From: a virus
Lineage: Duplodnaviria > Caudoviricetes
IMG/VR virus record: IMGVR_UViG_3300032218_000726
Span: 1-37,739 of that record
Strand: one strand, 5' to 3'
Length of the DNA: 37,739 nt
Shown here: piece after piece, positions 16,501-22,396 of the stretch
Position numbering within the stretch: the stretch's first letter is position 1
Layout: every line of letters begins with the position of its first letter
Made by a program: the position numbers and the translations under genes
Notes under the pieces: model-generated
The model's input: only the letters and a program-made list of their open reading frames with translations
Database searches by the model: none
What the model was told of the DNA's origin: nothing

Positions 16501-17048
16501 CAGCGACTACCTCTAGCACCGCTCCAGTGGTTTTGATGGCAATTCGCATTGCGCCTTCTGTTGATAACGGCCAAGTAGGTTTGCTGGGCCAAAAAGAAAT
16601 TATCAACCGTATGCAGTTGCAATTGGATTCTTTGGGTGTGGTTACTACGGGTAACACGTACTTAATTAACCTGATTTTGAACGGCTATTCCACTGGCGCA
16701 TTTGTTGGTACTGGAAACAACTTTACTTCGCCAATTCAGCAAGCTAATGGTACGACGTCTTCGTTGGCTCAAATTGCAGTTAACACCACAGGCGCAGTAT
16801 CTGTCTTTGGCGGTGAGTCTGTGGCTGCGGCTTTCTGCGCAGCAGGTACGGTATCTAACTTGGACTTGTCCAACGTGCGCGACTTGGGTAATTCCATTTT
16901 GGGCGGTGGCACATCTAACGTCATACCAGTAACTCAAGCTGGTTTTTACCCAGATGGCCCAGACATTCTGTATGTGGTTGCCCAAGCGGTGAGCGTAACA
17001 GGCGGTTCCATTTTGGCTCGTTTGAGCTGGAAAGAAGCGCAGGCTTAA
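13596..17048 (+). CDS. Large virion fibre/spike protein with FCCH-like and other small beta-domain inserts
   Basis: 1150 aa, T/S/G/A-rich; repeated H(G/N)L..G..I.V.G...NG...[VI]ATVP...TFTY modules; RYFRYQSGKG core. Confidence 0.75.
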   Translation: MSGGWTVVDSATNKSLPIQGTTNSGAAVPYVTPAPGAQDPVGKFRISAPQALIDTDFEYGTQPTKWESIALQNNRQSMYYIAQQPLTVTSILGDGATATITIAGSLFSMAVGQPIFIQNASLPQINGWWYVTAATASSISAQIATGTTVPASNQYNAALTYLYAGYLYSNCGIPLSSTAAFSSSTATTTVTTTNPHGLQAGSYIYVNGVTSTSANATLGWISGTTMYFNASPAVGASSIRSGYSVTGVGVTGGTTVTATNAATSTAAFITGTVLSVTAGAAQTVGNQLIGGGVTNGTYVSAINSATFVAAISGTALTYASGTIPTIGMVLADSTTPGNLPAGTYIASGTSPNFVLSAAGTAAAADTIVGTSYTVSASQTVTSTTINGYNYTVSASQTVGSQGSPVALTLTSTAVTNAPNGAYIVATVPTANTFTYTTAYNMSGTMSNVANSTTLYARPSGFVEPRSFDGGVAFSAGGAVPGQQLIRQTRRYFRYQSGKGVQFSTGSSLKPALFITSITGSGTTATVTSRYQHNLTVGSKITVAGTDQGVYNGNFTIATVPSTLTFTYTTQIPVGSATTATGQAVRVSPTSWYGSANRVGLFDLQNGMFFEYDGQNLFAVLRNSINQANGTISVTSGSNLVTGTGTQFVTQCIPGAYVVIRGQSYRVVTVASDTSMYVSPEYRGTTIAGALMSLTLEVRIPQSKWQDPCDGTGPSAYNIDLTRMQMWYIDYSWYGAGVVRYGFRATNGQVNYVTQIQNNNKQFEAYMRTGNMAAHYESNGISPTTVMTSSLGNTNTTLSAAVALAALSIPLTAVTNYNNTGVVKIDNELIYYSGISGNNLVGCIRGFGGTTAASHISGSTVAISSIDILDCSRFPSAGTVKVQASGQTGTVEYIAFTGNDGSILYGLTRAQTGGQASAQAFTYSATAPISVELSSPDTVPSLSHWGSSVIMDGRFDDDKSLIFNYGMTTAATTSSTAPVVLMAIRIAPSVDNGQVGLLGQKEIINRMQLQLDSLGVVTTGNTYLINLILNGYSTGAFVGTGNNFTSPIQQANGTTSSLAQIAVNTTGAVSVFGGESVAAAFCAAGTVSNLDLSNVRDLGNSILGGGTSNVIPVTQAGFYPDGPDILYVVAQAVSVTGGSILARLSWKEAQA

Positions 17049-17050
17049 TC

Positions 17051-17314
17051 ATGGCTACAGCCAAGAAAAAAGGCCCCTCATTGGCCATTGGCCGTGGCGA
17101 AAAACTCCCTGCATCGAAAGGTGCGGGGCTGACCGCCAAAGGCCGTGCTAAATACAACGCAGCCACCGGCAGCAACTTGAAAGCTCCGCAACCACAAGGT
17201 GGCCCCCGCAAAGATTCGTTTTGCGCTAGGATGTCGGGAATGCCCGGTCCTATGAAAGACGAAAAGGGCAAACCCACCCGCAAGGCGGCTTCACTAGCAA
17301 GATGGAAATGTTGA
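17051..17314 (+). CDS. Small basic phage protein (KGRAKYN...SFCARMSGM...RWKC)
   Basis: Tightly packed ORF; K/R/G-rich. Confidence 0.8.
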   Translation: MATAKKKGPSLAIGRGEKLPASKGAGLTAKGRAKYNAATGSNLKAPQPQGGPRKDSFCARMSGMPGPMKDEKGKPTRKAASLARWKC

Positions 17315-17315
17315 T

Positions 17316-17525
17316 ATGACCGAAAACACCGAAACAATTAAACATGTGGTTGACGGCTTGTCAATCATCACCGTAATAGGGACATTGGCAGATATGCTTC
17401 CATCAGTCGCAGCAGTATTTACGATTGTGTGGACATGTATCCGCATTTGGGAAACCACCACAGTTCAAAACTGGGTTAAAAAGTTGAGGGGCGACAATGC
17501 CATCGACAAGCAAGAAACAACATAA
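17316..17525 (+). CDS. Small membrane protein (holin-like?)
   Basis: Hydrophobic segment followed by IRIWETTTVQ. Confidence 0.65.
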   Translation: MTENTETIKHVVDGLSIITVIGTLADMLPSVAAVFTIVWTCIRIWETTTVQNWVKKLRGDNAIDKQETT

Positions 17526-17955
17526 CTTTATGGAAGCGGTGGCACATAACCCCGCTTTTGCAAAGAAGGCAGGCGTGCCACAATCCGTTGGACAAGATTT
17601 TTCTGACGCGGACAAAGGGTTAAAGCTCCGTTCAAGTGTTCGCACCCGCGCCGACCGACAAACTGTTAACAACCCTAAAACCGACCACGGCAACGCGGCG
17701 CTCTTTAAAAAAGGTGGCTCTATGGCTAAAAGCGATATGAAAGAAGACATGGCAATGGACAAGTCTCAGGACAAAGCCATGATCATGAAAGCGTTCAAAC
17801 AACATGACGCTCAAGAACACAAAGGCGGCAAGGGTACAACCTTGAAACTGTCCAAAGGTGGTTCCGCTTCTGCTCGTGCCGATGGCGTTGCACAGCGTGG
17901 TAAGACCAAAGGTACTTTCGTCGCGTGCGGCGGTGGAATGACTAAAGGAAAATAA
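17497..17955 (+). CDS. Small basic protein with GG and ADGxAxRGKT motifs
   Basis: GAGGGG RBS; FKKGG and LSKGGSASARADGVAQRGKT. Confidence 0.8.
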   Translation: MPSTSKKQHNFMEAVAHNPAFAKKAGVPQSVGQDFSDADKGLKLRSSVRTRADRQTVNNPKTDHGNAALFKKGGSMAKSDMKEDMAMDKSQDKAMIMKAFKQHDAQEHKGGKGTTLKLSKGGSASARADGVAQRGKTKGTFVACGGGMTKGK

Positions 17956-17957
17956 TC

Positions 17958-18248
17958 ATGGCTGATCAACTGAAATATACCGAGCAAACTGTTATGGAGC
18001 GCAAGGGTGGCAAAGAAGCCATGAAAAATTACAAGCCTCGTCGTACTCCCGGTTCTTTGGATGATGTTGTTACTTCCGAAACTCGTGCAAAAATGGAAGC
18101 CGCCAAAGCTGAAGTCGCCGACCAAAAAATGGGTGAAGCGCAAAAAGATGCTTATAACAAAGCCTCTGGTATGAAAAATGGTGGTTCCGCTTCTAGCCGT
18201 GCTGATGGCATTGCGTCACGGGGCAAGACCCGTGGCATGATGTGCTGA
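17958..18248 (+). CDS. Small protein with C-terminal MKNGGSASSRADGIASRGKT motif
   Basis: AAGGA RBS; C-terminus paralogous to 17497..17955. Confidence 0.8.
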   Translation: MADQLKYTEQTVMERKGGKEAMKNYKPRRTPGSLDDVVTSETRAKMEAAKAEVADQKMGEAQKDAYNKASGMKNGGSASSRADGIASRGKTRGMMC

Positions 18249-18250
18249 GT

Positions 18251-18484
18251 ATGATGGCCAGCCGTGGTATGGGGGCTGTAGCCCCTAGCAAAATGCCCAA
18301 GGGTAAGAAGACCGTCCGCCGAGACGATACTGATTTTGAACAGTACGCTGGTGGGGGTAAGATTGGTCTTTATGCCAACATCAATGCCAAACGCAAGCGT
18401 GGTGACAAGATGCGCAAACCCGGCGCAAAAGGCGCTCCTACCGACCAAGCATTTATCAACTCTGCTAAGACTGCAAAAAAGTAA
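18251..18484 (+). CDS. Small basic protein (MMASRGMGA...YAGGGKIGLYANINAKRKR)
   Basis: ATG 2 nt after the previous stop. Confidence 0.75.
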   Translation: MMASRGMGAVAPSKMPKGKKTVRRDDTDFEQYAGGGKIGLYANINAKRKRGDKMRKPGAKGAPTDQAFINSAKTAKK

Positions 18485-18493
18485 GGAAACAAC

Positions 18494-18760
18494 ATGTCTC
18501 AATTCATTCTGACCCCCGAAGAAGACCAATTGGTTTTAGATGCCTTGCGTAGCATAGCTGCTCGGTACACCGCTATGTATGGTGTGACCGACCCAGCCTT
18601 AGAAGCTCTGGTTGCCAAGATTAGCCCAGTGGAAGCCTCTGTGGTTGAAGAAGCCCCTGTGGTTGAAGAAGCCCCTGTGGTTGAAGAAGCCCCTGTGGTT
18701 GAAGAAGCCCCTGTGGTTGAAGAAGCCCCTGTGGTTGAAGTGCCCGTTGAAGAGAAATAA
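18494..18760 (+). CDS. Small acidic protein with EAPVVE repeats
   Basis: AAGGA RBS. Confidence 0.7.
   Translation: MSQFILTPEEDQLVLDALRSIAARYTAMYGVTDPALEALVAKISPVEASVVEEAPVVEEAPVVEEAPVVEEAPVVEEAPVVEVPVEEK
18632..18739 (+). repeat. 18-bp tandem repeat x6 (GAAGCCCCTGTGGTTGAA)
   Basis: Five perfect copies plus one with a single mismatch. Confidence 0.95.
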
Positions 18761-18763
18761 AGC

Positions 18764-19729
18764 ATGACCACCTCCGGCGTTGCTACGTTCAACATGGACC
18801 TCACGGAAATCGTGGAGGAAGCGTTCGAGCGTGCGGGTTCGGAGTTGCGCTCTGGTTATGACTTGAGGACCGCTCGCCGGTCTTTAAATTTGCTGTTTGC
18901 AGATTGGGCCAATCGCGGTGTCAACATGTGGACGTTTGAGCAAGGGACTATTGACTTAGTTCCGGGGCAGAACACATATGCGCTACCAGATGACACAGTT
19001 GATCTTTTGGAACATGTTATTCGTACAGGCGCAGGTAATACAGCTACGCAAGCAGACCTTACAATCACTCGTATTAGTGTTTCTACGTACGCTACGTTGC
19101 CCAACAAGTTGCAACAAGCCCGCCCAATCCAAGTGTGGATTCAACGTTATAACGGGCAGACATCTCCTACAGGTATCTCCGGTTCTATTGTGGACGGTGA
19201 ATACACGGTGGTTCAAAGTTTTTCAGATACAGATACAGAAATTACAATTAGTGGGTATTACAGACTGCCTGCTACTGGTTTTATAAAAATTGGTTCAGAA
19301 ATTATTCAGTACGGCTACATTGCTCAAACTGCATTGGGGTATACCCTGTATAACTGTTTCCGTGGCCAGCAAAATACAATTGCGGATGCGCACAGCGCTG
19401 GGGCCACTGTGTACTGGGCTCAAGTTCCCGCGATCACTGTGTGGCCAACTCCTGATAGTTCCCAAGCGTATCAATTTGTTTATTGGCGTTTGCGCCGCTC
19501 ACAAAATGCAGGTGATGGCGTGAACACAATGGATGTTCCTTTTAGATTCTTGCCTTGTATGGTGGCTGGCTTGGCCTATTACTTGGCGATGAAAGTTCCA
19601 AGTGGCGCAGAACGTTTATCAATTCTTAAACAGCAATACGATGAGGCATGGCAGTTTGCTTCTGAAGAAGACCGGGAAAAAGCCGCCGTGCGTTTTGTGC
19701 CGCGTCAGCAGTACATTGGGGGTTCTTAA
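18764..19729 (+). CDS. Putative head-tail adaptor/tail tubular protein with an inserted beta domain
   Basis: IVEEAFER...TARRSLNLLFADWANRG N-terminal helices and CMVAGLAYYLA C-terminal helices. Confidence 0.65.
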   Translation: MTTSGVATFNMDLTEIVEEAFERAGSELRSGYDLRTARRSLNLLFADWANRGVNMWTFEQGTIDLVPGQNTYALPDDTVDLLEHVIRTGAGNTATQADLTITRISVSTYATLPNKLQQARPIQVWIQRYNGQTSPTGISGSIVDGEYTVVQSFSDTDTEITISGYYRLPATGFIKIGSEIIQYGYIAQTALGYTLYNCFRGQQNTIADAHSAGATVYWAQVPAITVWPTPDSSQAYQFVYWRLRRSQNAGDGVNTMDVPFRFLPCMVAGLAYYLAMKVPSGAERLSILKQQYDEAWQFASEEDREKAAVRFVPRQQYIGGS

Positions 19730-20118
19730 TGGGTAATCGCTTTGCCTCTGGTAAGAATGCGATTGCGGAATGCGACCGTTGTGGCCAGCGGTTTAAGCTA
19801 ACGCAGTTGCGCACGGAAGTTATCAAGACCAAAACTTACAACCTTTTGGTTTGTCGTGAATGTTGGGACCCTGACCATCCACAACTCCAGTTGGGTATGT
19901 ACCCCGTAGACGATCCACAGGGGCTGCGTAATCCGCGCCCCGACCGTAGCTACATAACTTCTGGGTTGACTGTGACTGGCACTCTTGGTGAGGGTAGTCG
20001 AATCTTTGAGTGGGGTTGGAATCCAGTTGGAGGTTCCCGTAGTTTTGATGCCGCTTTGACACCAAATGTCTTGGCAATGAGCGTGCAAATTGGTACAGTC
20101 ACAGTTGTGACGACATAA
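19729..20118 (+). CDS. Zinc-finger-containing phage protein
   Basis: CDRC...CREC; TAATG overlap. Confidence 0.75.
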   Translation: MGNRFASGKNAIAECDRCGQRFKLTQLRTEVIKTKTYNLLVCRECWDPDHPQLQLGMYPVDDPQGLRNPRPDRSYITSGLTVTGTLGEGSRIFEWGWNPVGGSRSFDAALTPNVLAMSVQIGTVTVVTT

Positions 20119-20128
20119 GGAGTTAATC

Positions 20129-20317
20129 ATGGCATATAAATCAGCAGCAGATGGTGTAGCCTCCAAAGGCAAAACCAACGTCAAAGTCATGGCTAATAGC
20201 GGCCCCAATGTTTCCCCAAAAACTGTCAAAGGTAACAAGGGTGGCAACGGTGGACCTACTGGCCAACAAATGCGTGCCGTTGGCCGCAACATGGCTCGCG
20301 CCAATAACCAAAAGTGA
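20129..20317 (+). CDS. Small basic protein with ADGVASKGKT motif
   Basis: TAAGGAG RBS. Confidence 0.8.
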   Translation: MAYKSAADGVASKGKTNVKVMANSGPNVSPKTVKGNKGGNGGPTGQQMRAVGRNMARANNQK

Positions 20318-20324
20318 GGTTGTC

Positions 20325-20597
20325 ATGGCCAAAGTAAATAACAAACCAGCTTCGGCGTATGCTCAACCGCATACCATGAGCGGCAAAAACGTGGATATTA
20401 ACGACTCCGAAAACAATGGCGGTTTTCGTCCTGACCCCAACACTATGCCCGCCAACAAAACTATGCCCGGTGGAAACATTCCCACTCGCCGCGTGTCGAT
20501 TGGGGATATTACGTTTGAACCCAAAACAACGGGCATCAAGATGCGTGGTACTGGCGCAGCTACTAAGGGTGTGATGTCCCGAGGTCCGATGGCATGA
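20325..20597 (+). CDS. Small basic protein with C-terminal RGTGAATKG motif
   Basis: GAGG RBS before the ATG at 20325. Confidence 0.75.
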   Translation: MAKVNNKPASAYAQPHTMSGKNVDINDSENNGGFRPDPNTMPANKTMPGGNIPTRRVSIGDITFEPKTTGIKMRGTGAATKGVMSRGPMA

Positions 20598-21289
20598 ACT
20601 ACGCCGAGTTGTTTAGCTCTATCCAAACGTACACGGAAAACCAATTTCCAGATGTGTACTTGGCTGATGGCTCGACTGTGCCTGCAAAGACTCAAATTGA
20701 TACTTGCATTAGGCAGGCAGAACAGCGCATATACAACTCGATGCAGTTCCCCGCTGTTCGCAAAAACGTGCAAGGTGTAGTGTCCGCAGCGACTCCGTAT
20801 CTGTCTTCGCCGGATGACTTTTTGGCGGTGTACTCTTTGGCGATGGTAGATGCTTCAGGCAACTACACGTACTTGTTGAACAAGGACGTGAACTTCATCC
20901 GTGAGGCATACCCCAATTCATCAAGCACAGGCTTGCCTAAGTATTACGCGTTGTTTGGCCCTACGGTATCCGGTAGCACTATTTCAACTGAATTGTCGTT
21001 TATCCTTGGCCCTAAGCCAGATACGGCGTACACGGCTGAGCTGCACTATTACTACTACCCTGCGTCCATCGTAACTGCCAGCACTACTTGGCTGGGTGAT
21101 AATTTTGATACCGTGCTGTTGTATGGTTCATTGATCGAAGCCTACACATTCATGAAGGGCGAAGCCGACATGCTTCAGTTGTACGACGCCAAGTACAAAG
21201 AAGCGCTTGTTTTGGCCAAACGTCTGGCTGATGGTATGGAGCGTCAGGATGCTTACCGATCTGGCCAATATAGACAGGCGGTGACTTGA
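20594..21289 (+). CDS. Putative head-tail adaptor protein
   Basis: MNYAEL..IQTY, IRQAEQRIY, LLYGSLIEAY..MK pattern. Confidence 0.65.
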   Translation: MNYAELFSSIQTYTENQFPDVYLADGSTVPAKTQIDTCIRQAEQRIYNSMQFPAVRKNVQGVVSAATPYLSSPDDFLAVYSLAMVDASGNYTYLLNKDVNFIREAYPNSSSTGLPKYYALFGPTVSGSTISTELSFILGPKPDTAYTAELHYYYYPASIVTASTTWLGDNFDTVLLYGSLIEAYTFMKGEADMLQLYDAKYKEALVLAKRLADGMERQDAYRSGQYRQAVT

Positions 21290-21714
21290 TGGCTTTCACA
21301 GGAAACTATTCGTGCAATTCGTTTAAAACAGGCATGATGAATGGGACGTTCAACTTTACGTCCGGCTCGTTCAAGATTGCTCTGTACACGAACAATGCAA
21401 CGCTTAATGCAACCACTGCGGCGTACACTTCTACGGGTGAGGTCGTGGCATCAGGCTATACAGCTGGGGGCAAAGCCTTAACAATTGCCCAAGTACCCAC
21501 TACGGGCACTTCAGGCACCACGGTGTACGTATCCTTTACCAACATTGCTTGGACTGGTGCGATCACGGCGCGTGGCGCTTTGATCTACTCCACAGTCAGC
21601 GGTAACCCCGCTGTGTGCGTTTTGGATTTTGGTGCAGATAAAATTTCTTCCGCTACATTTACCGTACAATTTCCAGCGGTATCAAATACCTCAGCCATCA
21701 TAAGGATTACATAA
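21289..21714 (+). CDS. Small virion beta-sandwich protein, paralog 1
   Basis: CNSFK...FKIALY...TTAAY...EV...GYTAGG; paralog of 21916..22371. Confidence 0.75.
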   Translation: MAFTGNYSCNSFKTGMMNGTFNFTSGSFKIALYTNNATLNATTAAYTSTGEVVASGYTAGGKALTIAQVPTTGTSGTTVYVSFTNIAWTGAITARGALIYSTVSGNPAVCVLDFGADKISSATFTVQFPAVSNTSAIIRIT

Positions 21715-21905
21715 TGCTCGTAAACACCACCAAAGGCGAAATGGATGACTCCCTGCTTGAAAAGCGTGAGGGTTCCGTTGATAATGACAACGAGCTGACC
21801 GTTTGGACAGAATATTGGTTGGACAATGAATTGGTGCATCGTTCTGTACATGTCCAGCTGAAAAAGAACGTACTTGCTGACGGCATAGCCGCAGACATCG
21901 TGTAA
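21714..21905 (+). CDS. Small hypothetical protein (EYWLDNELVHRSVHV)
   Basis: TAATG overlap; AAGGA RBS. Confidence 0.75.
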   Translation: MLVNTTKGEMDDSLLEKREGSVDNDNELTVWTEYWLDNELVHRSVHVQLKKNVLADGIAADIV

Positions 21906-21915
21906 AGGAAAAATT

Positions 21916-22371
21916 ATGGCAAACACACAAGCAATGTGCACATCGTTCAAGGGTGAAATCTTGACCGGCACCCACAACTTCGGCGTTGCTCCTACGCGTG
22001 GCACAACCGCAGCTGACACATTTAAAGCCGCGTTGTACTTGGCTTCAGCCACTGTTAACGCTACCACCACTGCATACAGCGCGACTAATGAAGTGACTGG
22101 TACAGGCTATAGTGCTGGCGGCATCGCAGTGACTAACGCTACTGCGCCAACTACAGGCGGTACCACTGGTTATTGGACTCCTTCGGCCAGTTTAGTGTAT
22201 AGCACCGTGACTTTGACTACCGCGTTTGATGCTGTGTTGATCTACAACAGCACTCAGTCAAACAAAGCTGTCAGTGTTCATACGTTTGGTTCTCAGACTG
22301 TGACCGCTGGTACGTTTACACTGACTATGCCTAGCAACGCTGCGGGTACTGCGCTGATCAATATCGCTTAA
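21916..22371 (+). CDS. Small virion beta-sandwich protein, paralog 2
   Basis: CTSFK...FKAALY...TTTAY...NEV...GYSAGG. Confidence 0.8.
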   Translation: MANTQAMCTSFKGEILTGTHNFGVAPTRGTTAADTFKAALYLASATVNATTTAYSATNEVTGTGYSAGGIAVTNATAPTTGGTTGYWTPSASLVYSTVTLTTAFDAVLIYNSTQSNKAVSVHTFGSQTVTAGTFTLTMPSNAAGTALINIA

Positions 22372-22396
22372 TCTTTACACCGGATAGGGGAGGGCC

